Of a stretch of 64,000 bases of DNA, positions 46,927 through 57,487 are shown piece by piece. The notes under the pieces were generated by a model. That model had not been told where the DNA came from. It ran no database searches and saw nothing but the letters and a program-made list of their open reading frames with translations. The DNA is taken from positions 5,255 to 69,254 of the forward strand of contig JAKQPK010000055.1 of assembly GCA_029564765.1 (NCBI GenBank). Reading direction: 5' to 3'. How positions within the stretch are numbered: the stretch's first letter is position 1; each line of letters starts with the position of its first letter. A program made the translations under genes and the position numbers. The DNA comes from Candidatus Omnitrophota bacterium (lineage in GTDB: Bacteria > Omnitrophota > Gorgyraeia > Zapsychrales > Aceulaceae).

Positions 46927-48805
46927 GTGATGGTATTCCTTGTTTTAAATGTTCAACGGCTTCTTTTAAAAGTCTGCAATAAAGGTCAAACCCAATGGAA
47001 GCGATATAGCCATGCTGCTGCTCCCCTAAAAGATTACCAGCGCCTCGGATCTGCAGGTCTTCAAAGGCGATATTAAATCCTGAGCCAAGCCCGCTGAATT
47101 TCTGAAGCGCGTCCAGCCGAGAGCGAGCGACTGAAGAGATCTCGTGCCGGGGTGGTGTTAGAAAATACGCGTAGGCTTTCTTTTCAAATCGGCCTACCCT
47201 GCCGCGTAGCTGGTGCAGGTCCGAAAGCCCAAAATGGTCCGCGTTATTGACAATGAGCGTGTTCGCGTTAGGAATATCAATGCCAGACTCAATGATCGTT
47301 GTGCACGCGAGAACATCGATCTCGCCTTTTAAGAATTGTAGCATAATGCTTTCTAGCAAGCGGCCTGGCATTTGGCCGTGCGCTACGCAAACCCTGGCGC
47401 GAGGAACCAGCCTTTTTATCATATTACCAACTTTTTCGATATCTTCAACCCGATTGTGAAGAAAAAAGATCTGGCCCTTTCGCCTGAGTTCTTTTTCGAT
47501 CGCATCTTTGACAAGCTCTTCATCGAACTCTACGATGTGCGTTGAAATGGGGACGCGATTTTGCGGTGGCGTGTTGATCGCGGACATATCTTTAGCCCCA
47601 GTGAGCGCCATGTAGAGCGTCCGTGGGATCGGTGTTGCGCTCAATGTCAGGACGTCCACCAGAAGCCGGAAGTGCTTGAGCCGTTCCTTAGCCTTGACCC
47701 CAAAACGCTGTTCTTCGTCGATGATCACAAGGCCAAGGTCTTTAAAATGCACATCCTTAGATAGTAATCGGTGTGTTCCAATGACGATATCGACCTTTCC
47801 GTTCTCAAGGCCCGCGACAATATCTTTTTGTTCGCGTTTTGTCCGAAAGCGATTGAGCATCGCAACTTGGACTGGAAAGTTCTTGGTGCGCTTTGAAAAA
47901 TTGTAATAATGTTGCTCAGCGAGGATAGTTGTTGGGACGAGGATCGCGACTTGCTTGCTCGCTGTCACGGCTTTAAAGCTGGCTCGTAGGGCGATCTCGG
48001 TCTTGCCGTAGCCCACATCCCCGCAAATAAGCCTATCCATAGGAGATATTGAGTTCATGTCCTGTTGGACCTCTTGCCAGGCTTTGATCTGATCCGGGGT
48101 TTCTGTATATGGAAAAGTTCTCTCGAATTCTTTCAGCCAAGGTGTCTGCGCTGGGAATGCGAATCCGGAAAGACTGGCCCGTAAGGCTTGTATATGCAAT
48201 AGTTCTGCCGCAAAACGTTGGATGCGCTTTTGAATACGTGAGCGGAGTTTTTTCCATTCGCCGGACCCCAGCTTGTAAACGCGAGGAGGCTTTTTGTGAA
48301 AGCCTACATATTTTTGGACAAGGTGGATATCTTTCTTGGGAACATAGAGTTTATCGCCTTGCGCGTATTCTACAACAAGATGTTCTTGCTCTTGCTGGCT
48401 GAAAGGGGTCTGTTCAATGCCTAAGAATTTTCCGATCCCATAATGATTGTGAACGACATAATCCCCTTGCTGAATATCAACAAAGGTGTTAAGCGGTGTT
48501 TCCGCACTGAAAATTTCGGCTTTTGTTTTTTTGTAAGGCAGGATAATGACGATCTGGTGTTGCCACAGGATCTTCCCTGAGGTAAGGTCAAAGGTTGTGA
48601 TCGACTCTATCGTGTCGTTGTTGACATCGATGCGGATGGGTGCGTCAAAATTGGAAGGAAAAACATCGATAATGCTGCCGCGATGGCTAAGGTCGCCCTC
48701 AGACTGCACGGCCTTAGCGTATTTGTATCCAAAGCGTGTTAATTCAGCGAGAACAACGTCTAAAGATACGATCTGCGCAACAAAGAGTTTCAGCGACTGA
48801 AACAT
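46916..48805 (-). CDS. mfd: transcription-repair coupling factor, short form lacking the N-terminal UvrB-homology module
   Basis: 629 aa; Walker [30 protein letters not shown] helicase motifs; N-terminus begins near the Mfd GSIIDVFP motif; secDF ends 10 bp upstream, so there is no room for a longer N-terminus. Confidence 0.8.
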   Translation of the reverse strand: MFQSLKLFVAQIVSLDVVLAELTRFGYKYAKAVQSEGDLSHRGSIIDVFPSNFDAPIRIDVNNDTIESITTFDLTSGKILWQHQIVIILPYKKTKAEIFSAETPLNTFVDIQQGDYVVHNHYGIGKFLGIEQTPFSQQEQEHLVVEYAQGDKLYVPKKDIHLVQKYVGFHKKPPRVYKLGSGEWKKLRSRIQKRIQRFAAELLHIQALRASLSGFAFPAQTPWLKEFERTFPYTETPDQIKAWQEVQQDMNSISPMDRLICGDVGYGKTEIALRASFKAVTASKQVAILVPTTILAEQHYYNFSKRTKNFPVQVAMLNRFRTKREQKDIVAGLENGKVDIVIGTHRLLSKDVHFKDLGLVIIDEEQRFGVKAKERLKHFRLLVDVLTLSATPIPRTLYMALTGAKDMSAINTPPQNRVPISTHIVEFDEELVKDAIEKELRRKGQIFFLHNRVEDIEKVGNMIKRLVPRARVCVAHGQMPGRLLESIMLQFLKGEIDVLACTTIIESGIDIPNANTLIVNNADHFGLSDLHQLRGRVGRFEKKAYAYFLTPPRHEISSVARSRLDALQKFSGLGSGFNIAFEDLQIRGAGNLLGEQQHGYIASIGFDLYCRLLKEAVEHLKQGIPSHEN

Positions 48806-48814
48806 GAAGGTATA

Positions 48815-51022
48815 TTATTTTCGACCAGTTTTTTTCTGCAAAGCCAACACTAAGGGTGTTGCGATAAAGATCGTGGAATAAATACCTGCAACAAAGCCGA
48901 TGATAAGGCTTAAGGCGAATGTGTTTAGGACCTCGCCACCAAAAAAGAAGAGAATAACGACCACGATCAGCGAGGTCAATGATGTGATGATCGTTCGGCT
49001 CAAGGTTTCATTAACGCTGATGTTGAGGGTCTCGCGAAGCGTCGTTTTCTTTAGCTTGTGCAGATTTTCACGGACCCGGTCGTAAATAACGATCGTATCG
49101 TTGATCGAATAACCTGTGATGGTAAGAAGCGCCGTAACGACCAGAAGGTCGATCTGTCGGTTCATGAGCATTAAGATCCCGACTGTAACAACAACATCGT
49201 GCAATAAAGCGACGACTCCCGCGGTAGCAAAATCAAAATGCTTGAACCGGAACCCGACATAGATCAAGATGCCCGCGAGGGCGAAAAGGATCGCCATTAA
49301 GGCTTTTTTGCGCAAGGCGTGGCCGACGACAGGCCCCACTTTCTCAACGCGTAAGATCTGAAAAGGATTGTCAGAAAGTTTTGTTTGGAATGTCTCGATG
49401 GTTTTGTCGTAGTTATCATCGTTGGAGCGGACAATGACCGTTGTTGGGTCTTTTTCAAACTGTTGAATGACAAAGTTCGTTACGCCGTTCTCGGTCAGGG
49501 CTGTTCTCAGCTCGTTGGCGTGTACTGGTTTCTCGAATTGATACTCCTGGATCTGCCCGCCAGAGAAATCGATCCCGTATGCCGCATCTTTTTTGGACCA
49601 GAAGGAATACATGCCAATGATAATGATGACAAGGGAAATCGCGTAACAAAAGTGGCGAATAGCGATAAAGTCAAATTTTGCGTTGTTCAGCAATGAGAGG
49701 CTTTTGAATGACTTAAGCCAGCGTTTTTGCACTAAGAATTCAAGTATCGCTCTCGATATGAAAAGAGCTGTGAACATGCTTGATAAAAGGCCGATCGCTA
49801 GGGTGATCGCGAAGCCTTTGATAGGCCCTGACCCGAATTGAAACAACATAAACGCGGCGATCAAGGACGTTAGATTAGAATCAAAGATGGCCGTGAAAGC
49901 TTTATTGAACCCATTCGTGACGGCAGCCTGAAGTGGACGGCCGTTGGCCATCTCTTCACGGATACGCTCGTTGATCAAAACATTGGCGTCAACCGCCATG
50001 CCAAGGGTCAAGATGATACCTGCGATGCCTGGCAAGGTCAGGGTCGCTTGAAAATCCGGCAGCATGACATTTAAAAAACCCATGATCCCAGTGATAATGA
50101 AAAGATTGCAGACCAATGCCAGATCAGCAACCAATCCTGATGCAAAATAATAAATGACCATGAAAACAACAACGGCCAGAAGACCAAAGATAGTCGCCTT
50201 GAGGCCAGCGTCAATGGAGTCTTTGCCAAGAAGAGGCCCTACGGTTCTTTCTTCTTCGATCTGCATAGGCGCAGGCAAGGCTCCAGATCTGAGCGATAGC
50301 GCCAACAAATTTGCTTCATCAAATGTGAACATCCCTGTGATCTCAGCGTTACCGCTAAGAATAGGCTCTTTAATATTGGGAGCGGATAAGACTTCCCCGT
50401 CGAGAACGATCGCCAGCCGGCGGTTAGTGTTCTTCTGAGTGATCGAGGCGAATTTTTTAGAGCCTTCAGAGTTAAATGAGAGTGAGATCCGCGGCTGGCC
50501 GAAAGCCTGTTGATCGAAATCCACGCGGGCATCCGCGACCGTTTCTCCGCTTAAGGCGGTGGCTTTTTCAACAAGGACCGGATATCGGTCCTTGTCAGTT
50601 TTTACATATTTTAAGTCATGGGCGTCGTCAACTTCTCCAGCTAGAGCCTTGCTAAGCAGGGCCTGATCATCACTAACAAGCTTGAATTCAAGTTGGGCGA
50701 CCTTACCGATAATGGATAGCGCCTTATCCCGGTCCGTGACACCCGGAAGCTGGATCAATATCTGGTCCTCCCCTTGCCGCTGGATGACCGTTTCACCGAC
50801 ACCGAGACCATCGATACGGTTTCGAAGGATCTCCATCGCCCGCTGAACAGCGTCTTTTTTGGCATCATCCGTTAATTTCTCGGTTTGCACGCGTAAGACC
50901 AAGTGCATACCACCCTTCAAATCCAGCCCAAGATTGATGCGTTTTTCTAAAGGGAAAGAAAAATAAAGGCAAGCGGCCAAGACCGCAGCAATGATCAAAA
51001 AACGTTTTTGCAGGCTTTTCAT
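48815..51022 (-). CDS. secDF: protein translocase subunit SecDF (fused)
   Basis: 735 aa; two 6-TM bundles with periplasmic domains. Confidence 0.9.
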   Translation of the reverse strand: MKSLQKRFLIIAAVLAACLYFSFPLEKRINLGLDLKGGMHLVLRVQTEKLTDDAKKDAVQRAMEILRNRIDGLGVGETVIQRQGEDQILIQLPGVTDRDKALSIIGKVAQLEFKLVSDDQALLSKALAGEVDDAHDLKYVKTDKDRYPVLVEKATALSGETVADARVDFDQQAFGQPRISLSFNSEGSKKFASITQKNTNRRLAIVLDGEVLSAPNIKEPILSGNAEITGMFTFDEANLLALSLRSGALPAPMQIEEERTVGPLLGKDSIDAGLKATIFGLLAVVVFMVIYYFASGLVADLALVCNLFIITGIMGFLNVMLPDFQATLTLPGIAGIILTLGMAVDANVLINERIREEMANGRPLQAAVTNGFNKAFTAIFDSNLTSLIAAFMLFQFGSGPIKGFAITLAIGLLSSMFTALFISRAILEFLVQKRWLKSFKSLSLLNNAKFDFIAIRHFCYAISLVIIIIGMYSFWSKKDAAYGIDFSGGQIQEYQFEKPVHANELRTALTENGVTNFVIQQFEKDPTTVIVRSNDDNYDKTIETFQTKLSDNPFQILRVEKVGPVVGHALRKKALMAILFALAGILIYVGFRFKHFDFATAGVVALLHDVVVTVGILMLMNRQIDLLVVTALLTITGYSINDTIVIYDRVRENLHKLKKTTLRETLNISVNETLSRTIITSLTSLIVVVILFFFGGEVLNTFALSLIIGFVAGIYSTIFIATPLVLALQKKTGRK

Positions 51023-51045
51023 AGATATTCCTTCGGTTTTAAGGA

Positions 51046-51336
51046 TTACGAGGCGAGGTTGGCCTTTTCCACGCGCGCAACGGCCGTGCGGTCGATCTCA
51101 AGCTTGACATTGTCATCGACACGGATCGTCACTGTTTTTTCCTTGATGTTGACGATCGTTCCGTGAATGCCTCCGCTGGTAACGATCGTGTCGTTCTTTT
51201 TAAGTTCTTCAAGCATTTTTTGGAACTTTTTTTGCTGTTCTTTCTGAGGTTTGATCACCAGAAAATAAAAGATGCCAAAGATCAGCAGATACGGAAAAAG
51301 CGCAATGATCGGGTTGATAGATGCTTCAGGTCCCAT
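51046..51336 (-). CDS. yajC: preprotein translocase subunit YajC
   Basis: 96 aa; single TM; upstream of secDF. Confidence 0.85.
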   Translation of the reverse strand: MGPEASINPIIALFPYLLIFGIFYFLVIKPQKEQQKKFQKMLEELKKNDTIVTSGGIHGTIVNIKEKTVTIRVDDNVKLEIDRTAVARVEKANLAS

Positions 51337-51374
51337 AGAAAACCTCGCTATGTTAAGTGCTTAGGTTAATAGCC

Positions 51375-51623
51375 TTATTTTTTTCGTAATTTCTTGGAGA
51401 GAGTCCGAACAGTATCGCTCATGACAGCACCTTGCGCGACCCATTTGTCTAGCTTCTCGGTATTTACTGCCAAGGCGGCAGGTTTCTTGGAGGGGTCATA
51501 ATGCCCGATGATCTCAAGGACTTTTCCATCGCGTTTACGACTTTTCGGGATCGCGACAATGCGGTAATTGGAAACTTTATTGATCGACTTTCCAATACGC
51601 TGTAAACGAATACATACTTCCAT
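51375..51623 (-). CDS. rpsP: 30S ribosomal protein S16
   Basis: IRLQRIGKS...YRIVAIPKSRKRDGKVLEIIGHYDP...WVAQGAVMSDTV matches the S16 pattern; start set at the internal Met. Confidence 0.8.
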   Translation of the reverse strand: MEVCIRLQRIGKSINKVSNYRIVAIPKSRKRDGKVLEIIGHYDPSKKPAALAVNTEKLDKWVAQGAVMSDTVRTLSKKLRKK

Positions 51624-51703
51624 GACAAACACCTCTTTCTTATTACAAATATAGTTAATAATAGGTATATATTAACGGTTTTTTTGAATATTGCAACGGG
51701 TTT

Positions 51704-53215
51704 TTATATGAAATGTTCATGCGCCATGGCGATCGCGGAGAGCTGGGCCTTGGCTTTGTTCTTTGTTTCGATGTATTCCTTGCGCGGGTCAGAATCCGCG
51801 ACAATGCCGGCTCCTGCTTGAAAATATGCTGTTTTGCCCTTGATAAGGATCGTACGGATGGTAATACAAGTATCAAGGTTGTGATCGAATCCAAAATATC
51901 CAACTGCGCCGGCATAGGGTCCGCGCGCCAGCGGTTCTAAGCGGTCAATGATCTCCATGGCGCGAATTTTTGGCGCCCCAGAAACTGTTCCTGCTGGGAA
52001 TGTAGCCTCAAGAACATCAAAAGGGGTCCTGCTTTTTGCCAGGCTACCTTTGACATTGCTGACGATATGCATGACATGGGAATAATTCTCGATTTTCATG
52101 AATTCGGAGACCTTGACCGTCCCTTGAGCGCAAACACGCCCGAGGTCGTTACGCCCAAGATCGACCAGCATGACATGCTCTGCGCGTTCCTTAGGGTCTT
52201 GTAAAAGTTCTTGCGCTAAGGCAATGTCTTGTTTTTCATCCTTGCCCCGCGGACGGGTTCCAGCGATAGGCCGTGTTTCGACAATGTTGTTCTCGCAGCG
52301 GACCAGCAATTCCGGCGAGGAGCCAACGATATATGTGTCCGCGAATTTCAAGAAATACATATACGGCGAGGGATTGACCGCTCTGAGCGCGCGATAGATG
52401 TTCAGAGGGTCCGTGGCGATTGGTGTTTGGAAGCGTTGAGATAAAACGACTTGAATGATATCCCCCTGATGGATATGCTTTTTTGCGGCAACAACAGCTT
52501 TTTGAAATTGTTTTTCAGTCAAAGTTGATGATACGCGCAACTTGAAAGGCTTTTGCGGTTTCTTAGCTAATGCGCTCTGAGGCGTTCTTGAGCGGAGCGC
52601 GGCAATAACGCATGCGATGCGTTTTCGGGCTGAAGCGTAGATCTTTTGTTTTTGTTTTCGCAACGCGTTATGCGGCACGTACGCATTGCAGACGATCTTT
52701 ATTTTATGGCTGAGATGGTCAAAAATGATCAGATCGTTGACCAGGGCTAAGACGACATCTTGTGTCTTCAGGTCATCTTTAGGCTGATCTGGAAGTTTTT
52801 CGAAAAATCTAACAGTATCGTATCCGATGTAGCCGATCAGCCCACCGCAGAATTTCGGCACACCTTTAACAGGGACAAATTGATAAGCCGAAAGGATCTC
52901 TTGCGCGTGCGTTAATGGTGTTTTGAGGATCGAGAATTTCTTTACTTGAGGGGTTCTTGAAGAAAAGGAAATAATTTCCCCGTTTGTGCCTTTACTTTTA
53001 AAGATCAGTTGTGGGTCCTTGGCTAAGAATGAGTATCGGCATACTTTTTCTGTGCCTTCTACAGATTCTAGAAGAATGGCGTATCGTGAGTTGCGCGCGA
53101 GCTTGAAGTACGCAGAGACAGGGGTTTCTAGGTCCCCTAGTATTTCTTGGCATACAGGGATCAAGTTGCCGTGTTTTGTGAGCGTGATAAATTCTTTTTC
53201 CGTCGGAGAGATCAT
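51704..53215 (-). CDS. chorismate-binding enzyme, anthranilate/aminodeoxychorismate synthase component I family (TrpE/PabB-like)
   Basis: About 503 aa from the internal start; C-terminal chorismate-binding core (…PAGTVSGAPKIRAMEII…GPYAGAVGYF…). Confidence 0.75.
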   Translation of the reverse strand: MISPTEKEFITLTKHGNLIPVCQEILGDLETPVSAYFKLARNSRYAILLESVEGTEKVCRYSFLAKDPQLIFKSKGTNGEIISFSSRTPQVKKFSILKTPLTHAQEILSAYQFVPVKGVPKFCGGLIGYIGYDTVRFFEKLPDQPKDDLKTQDVVLALVNDLIIFDHLSHKIKIVCNAYVPHNALRKQKQKIYASARKRIACVIAALRSRTPQSALAKKPQKPFKLRVSSTLTEKQFQKAVVAAKKHIHQGDIIQVVLSQRFQTPIATDPLNIYRALRAVNPSPYMYFLKFADTYIVGSSPELLVRCENNIVETRPIAGTRPRGKDEKQDIALAQELLQDPKERAEHVMLVDLGRNDLGRVCAQGTVKVSEFMKIENYSHVMHIVSNVKGSLAKSRTPFDVLEATFPAGTVSGAPKIRAMEIIDRLEPLARGPYAGAVGYFGFDHNLDTCITIRTILIKGKTAYFQAGAGIVADSDPRKEYIETKNKAKAQLSAIAMAHEHFI

Positions 53216-53220
53216 AGCCT

Positions 53221-53565
53221 TTAAATTTTGCGATAGAAGCAGCTCTTTTTTCCCGTGTGACAGGCAGCGCCGACTTGACGCACAAGGATCAAAAGCGTGT
53301 CCAGATCGCAATCATAGAATATTGATTTGACATATTGAAAATGGCCCGAGGTCATTCCTTTGACCCAGAATTCTTTGCGTGAACGTGACCAAAAACATGT
53401 CTTTCCGCCTTTGATCGTTTTTTTCAATGAGGCCAGGTTCATATAGGCCAGCATGAGCACATCCTTTGTTCGGTAATCTTGCACAATGGCTGGAAGAAGG
53501 CCGTCTGCGTTAAAGCGTAGCTGGCCTAGTGTTCGTGTTGTGATGCGTCGTGTTTCATTGTTCAT
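53221..53565 (-). CDS. hisI: phosphoribosyl-AMP cyclohydrolase
   Basis: 114 aa; [20 protein letters not shown]...[18 protein letters not shown]...C..D.D HisI core. The start overlaps the hisF stop (ATGA); the upstream part of the track ORF is a spurious extension. Confidence 0.85.
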   Translation of the reverse strand: MNNETRRITTRTLGQLRFNADGLLPAIVQDYRTKDVLMLAYMNLASLKKTIKGGKTCFWSRSRKEFWVKGMTSGHFQYVKSIFYDCDLDTLLILVRQVGAACHTGKKSCFYRKI

Positions 53566-54317
53566 GATCGGACCTCGATAGATTTTGATTTTAAGAATTG
53601 TTTGACTTGCGGGATCGGGATCTCCCCGTAATGAAAGATCGATGCAGCCAAAGCCGCGTCCGCGGCTGTTTTGGTGAAAACATCCCAAAAATGCTCCAAG
53701 GTTCCCGCGCCTCCGGAGGCGATCACGGGAATGTTCACGGCACTGCAAATAGCGTCCGTTAGTTCTAGGTCGTAGCCATCTTTTGTCCCGTCCTTGTCCA
53801 TGCTGGTCAGAAGGATCTCTCCAGCACCAAGCTCTTGGGCTTCTTTTGCCCAAAGGATCGCGTTGCGTGGGGTCAAGGTCCTTCCTCCGTGCGTGTAGAC
53901 TTGCCAGCTGTTACCTTGCCGTTTAGCGTCAATGGCAACAACGATGCACTGACTGCCAAATTTTTCCGCAGCATCTTTGATCAATTTTGGGTTCTGCACG
54001 GCGGCAGTGTTGAGGGAGACTTTGTCCGCGCCGGCGTTGAGCAGGTCGCGAATATTCTGAACAGAGTCGATCCCTCCCCCGACCGTTAACGGCATAAAGA
54101 CTTGTTCTGCCGTGTGGCGTACGACGTCTAAGAAGATGGGCCGTTTTTCGTGGCTGGCAGTGATATCAAGAAAAACGATCTCATCGGCCTGAGCCTTGTC
54201 ATAGGTCTTGGCGCATTCTACTGGATCACCCGCGTCGCGAAGGTGGACAAAATTAATGCCCTTAACGACACGGCCGTCCTTAACATCTAAACATGGGATT
54301 ATTCTTTTTTTGAGCAT
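53562..54317 (-). CDS. hisF: imidazole glycerol phosphate synthase, cyclase subunit
   Basis: [18 protein letters not shown]-terminus; 251 aa. Confidence 0.95.
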   Translation of the reverse strand: MLKKRIIPCLDVKDGRVVKGINFVHLRDAGDPVECAKTYDKAQADEIVFLDITASHEKRPIFLDVVRHTAEQVFMPLTVGGGIDSVQNIRDLLNAGADKVSLNTAAVQNPKLIKDAAEKFGSQCIVVAIDAKRQGNSWQVYTHGGRTLTPRNAILWAKEAQELGAGEILLTSMDKDGTKDGYDLELTDAICSAVNIPVIASGGAGTLEHFWDVFTKTAADAALAASIFHYGEIPIPQVKQFLKSKSIEVRS

Positions 54318-55030
54318 AGCTGGATCGCGTCCGAAAGGTTGATCGTTTGTTCATACAGCGCTTTGCCAATGATCACGCCGTAAAGATTTTTTGCGTTGAC
54401 GTATGCCAGTTGCTTAATATCATCGATCTGCGATATCCCTCCCGAAGCGATAACATTGACAGAGGTTGACGCTAGGATCTCGGCTAAACTTTTCAGGTTA
54501 GGCCCTTGGAGCATGCCGTCAGTCGCGATGTCCGTATAAATGAGCGTTCGAAGGCCAAGACGCTCAAGTTCAGGAATGATCGATAGAGCTGAGACATGAG
54601 AAACCGTGGTCCAGCCTTTTATCGCTACATATCCGTTGACACAGTCGAGGCTGACGGCGACCTTATCACCATAAGTTGATAAAATATCCTTCAGAAATTC
54701 TTTGTCCTCGATCGCTCTTGTCCCGATAATGATCCGCATTAATCCAAAGCCAAGGACTTCCTGAACCGTTTCCATGGCGCGAATACCGCCGCCCATCTGG
54801 ACATTGACGCCAATTTCTCTTTGGATCTTTTGGATGATCGCAAGATTCTGTGGCTTTCCTTTTTCGGCCCCATCAAGGTCGACGATGTGGATCAAGGTCG
54901 CGCCCTGCTGCTTCCAGCGCTGGGCAACAGATAAAGGATCTTGGTCGTAGACCTTTTCTTTAGCGAATTGGCCTTGCGTTAAGCGAACGACCTTGCCGTT
55001 TTTGATATCGATTGCGGGAATGATGATCAT
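54299..55030 (-). CDS. hisA: 1-(5-phosphoribosyl)-5-[(5-phosphoribosylamino)methylideneamino]imidazole-4-carboxamide isomerase
   Basis: [18 protein letters not shown]-terminus; 243 aa. Confidence 0.9.
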   Translation of the reverse strand: MIIIPAIDIKNGKVVRLTQGQFAKEKVYDQDPLSVAQRWKQQGATLIHIVDLDGAEKGKPQNLAIIQKIQREIGVNVQMGGGIRAMETVQEVLGFGLMRIIIGTRAIEDKEFLKDILSTYGDKVAVSLDCVNGYVAIKGWTTVSHVSALSIIPELERLGLRTLIYTDIATDGMLQGPNLKSLAEILASTSVNVIASGGISQIDDIKQLAYVNAKNLYGVIIGKALYEQTINLSDAIQLCSKKE

Positions 55031-55632
55031 ATGGAAAAAGCGCAGAAATTCTTTAAAATGGTCAGGCCTGCCTCCTGACTTTTTTCAGGATGAAATTGCA
55101 CCGCGAACAGATTATCTTTCCAGACCGATGAAGTGAACGCAAGACCATAATCCGTTGTTGTCGCGATAATATCTTTTTGTTGCGGCTCCACAAAAAACGA
55201 ATGGCAGAAATAAGCGTGCGTCAGCGGTTGAATATTTTTGAGAAAAGGACATGCGGTTCTTTTGATCGCAAGCTCGTTCCAGCCCATGTGTGGGACCTTG
55301 AGGTTTTGAAATCTTTTTACTTTGCCAGCAAGGATCCCGAGCGTTTTGATCGTTCCTCCCTCACAGCTTTCATCAAAAAGAAGCTGAAGCCCAAGACAAA
55401 TGCCCAAAAAAGGTTTTCCGTCCTTTATTGCCTTTTTGATCGGGTCAACAAGGTTCAGTGCTGATAATCGCTGGATAGCGGGAGCGATCGCCCCTACACC
55501 CGGCAAAATGATTTTATCGGCCTTAAGGATATCCTCAGGCTGATCAGTAACCTGCGCGCGCGCTCCGACATGCTCCAAGGCCTTGTGAACGCTGCGCAAA
55601 TTTCCTGAACCATAATCTATGATCGCGATCAT
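55027..55632 (-). CDS. hisH: imidazole glycerol phosphate synthase, glutaminase subunit
   Basis: IAIIDYGSGNLRSV; class-I GATase triad region. Confidence 0.9.
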   Translation of the reverse strand: MIAIIDYGSGNLRSVHKALEHVGARAQVTDQPEDILKADKIILPGVGAIAPAIQRLSALNLVDPIKKAIKDGKPFLGICLGLQLLFDESCEGGTIKTLGILAGKVKRFQNLKVPHMGWNELAIKRTACPFLKNIQPLTHAYFCHSFFVEPQQKDIIATTTDYGLAFTSSVWKDNLFAVQFHPEKSQEAGLTILKNFCAFSI

Positions 55633-56249
55633 CAGTCAATAATTCCCTTGGTCGACGGGATGCCTTGACGGCGCTGGTCGATCTGAGCGGCCTGGTCAAG
55701 GGCAAGCCCAAGGGCTTTAAAGATCGTTTCAAGGTTTGTGTGCAGATCTTCGCAGATATTTTTGATATCAACGATGATATTAGCGCCCAAATGATGCGCG
55801 AACGATTCTAAAAAGTGTTCTAAGTGGGTCAAAGAATACCCTTCTTGAGAGCCTGCTTTTAAAGCCCCTTGCGTGTTCAGCCGGAAATAGCCACGCCCGC
55901 TAAGATCAAGGATCACTTCCGTGAACGTTGATTCCATGGGAGCCGCGCCAAAGCCAAAACGGCGAATACGTTGCCGATCCCCTAAGGCTTTTCTGAAGAT
56001 CTTCCCGAGGACAATGCCAATATCTTCGTTCACGTGATGGATATCAATGTTCGTATCGGCTTTCTTGACCTCGAGGTCAATATCAAAGTGTCCATGAAAA
56101 GCAAAGAGCTCCAGCATATGATCCAAGATGCCGATATTGGTCTTGATCTTTGAATTGCCACAACCATCAATATTGACCTTAGCGACAATTTCTGTTTCTG
56201 AACTTTTTCGATTTTCTGCGGCAGTCCTTGCTTTTTTAAATGTTAACAT
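55632..56249 (-). CDS. hisB: imidazoleglycerol-phosphate dehydratase
   Basis: 205 aa; HHxxE-type IGPD motifs (DIHHVNEDIG, HHLGANII). Confidence 0.9.
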   Translation of the reverse strand: MLTFKKARTAAENRKSSETEIVAKVNIDGCGNSKIKTNIGILDHMLELFAFHGHFDIDLEVKKADTNIDIHHVNEDIGIVLGKIFRKALGDRQRIRRFGFGAAPMESTFTEVILDLSGRGYFRLNTQGALKAGSQEGYSLTHLEHFLESFAHHLGANIIVDIKNICEDLHTNLETIFKALGLALDQAAQIDQRRQGIPSTKGIID

Positions 56250-56263
56250 ACGACTTACCTTTC

Positions 56264-57487
56264 TTATTGAAAGCGAATTTGTATGGAATCGTTGTGTTTT
56301 TTCAAGCCCTCTAAGAGCGCGACTTTTTCAAGAGGATCACGGATGCGTTCTAAGGCTTTTTTGGAATAGCAAATAATGTGACTTGTTTTCGTAAAATCCG
56401 ATAGGCAGATCCCTGAAAAGAACCGCGCGGTGCCCATCGTTGGCAGTACATGGCTTGGGCCAGCGATGTAGTCACCTACCGCTGTTGGGCTAAATGGCCC
56501 CAAAAAGATCGCTCCCGCATGCTTGATCCTTGAGGCGATACTGACAGCATTGTTGCTGAGGATCTGAAGATGTTCAGGGGCGATCTTGTTGGCCACATCG
56601 ATCGCCTCGTCAATGTTCTTCACATAAACGATATAGCCGTTGGGGATGTGTTTTTTTAGTTGGCGCACAAGCTTGCGGGATGTGGTGATCAGGATCGCCA
56701 ATCCTCCGACGTGTTCCGCTTGAGATTCAAGGTCCGCTAAAATATACGCGGGGTTACTGTTTCGGCTTGCGATAATCGCTAATTCGCTTGGGCCCGCGAG
56801 CATGTCAATATCGACATAACCAAAAAGTTGTCGTTTAGCTTCTGTCACGTACATGTTCCCTGGCCCGATGATCTTGTCGACCTTGGGGATCGTTTTTGTT
56901 CCAAGCGCTAATGCCGCGATAGCTTGGGCGCCCCCGATCTTGTATATTTCATCGACCTTAAGGAGATTCGCGACCGCGAGAATATAGGGGTTAATATGCC
57001 CTGTCTTGTCTGGAGGTGCCACTAAAACGATACGTTTTACGCCAGCGATCTTGGCCGGGATGACCGTCATATAGACGGATGAGACCAAGGGCGCTGTCCC
57101 TGCCGGGATGTACACACCGACAGAATCCAAAGGCAGGATCTTTTCTTTAAGCAAGACACCATCTTCATTTTTTACTCGACGAGGCTTCTTCAGCTGTTTT
57201 TCATAAAAACGAGAAACATTATTAATGATCAGCTTAAGCGTTCCCACGAATTCACTCGTGATATTTTGGAAAGCCCCGCTGATTTCGGCTTCGGCGACAC
57301 GGATCTGTTTTTGCGTCAGTTTTACGTTGTCGAAGCGGCGGGTGTACTTCAAGACCGCTTCATCACCGTTGATCTTGATATCGTCAATGATCCGCCTTAC
57401 TTTTTCTTCAATGTGTTTCTTGCGCGCGTAGAGATTGCGGTCGCACAATCTTTCAAGGCCTGTTGAGGGTGATCTTAGGATCTTCAT
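56264..57487 (-). CDS. hisD: histidinol dehydrogenase
   Basis: 407 aa; HisD core (…GGAQAIAALALGT…SQAEH…). Confidence 0.9.
   Translation of the reverse strand: MKILRSPSTGLERLCDRNLYARKKHIEEKVRRIIDDIKINGDEAVLKYTRRFDNVKLTQKQIRVAEAEISGAFQNITSEFVGTLKLIINNVSRFYEKQLKKPRRVKNEDGVLLKEKILPLDSVGVYIPAGTAPLVSSVYMTVIPAKIAGVKRIVLVAPPDKTGHINPYILAVANLLKVDEIYKIGGAQAIAALALGTKTIPKVDKIIGPGNMYVTEAKRQLFGYVDIDMLAGPSELAIIASRNSNPAYILADLESQAEHVGGLAILITTSRKLVRQLKKHIPNGYIVYVKNIDEAIDVANKIAPEHLQILSNNAVSIASRIKHAGAIFLGPFSPTAVGDYIAGPSHVLPTMGTARFFSGICLSDFTKTSHIICYSKKALERIRDPLEKVALLEGLKKHNDSIQIRFQ

Noticed and set aside
53221-53853. 210-aa track ORF suggesting a long HisI with a novel N-terminal domain
   Set aside because: The first 96 residues are Arg/Gly/Trp-rich noise translated out of frame across the 3' end of hisF. 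The genuine HisI starts at the ATG overlapping the hisF stop (53565).
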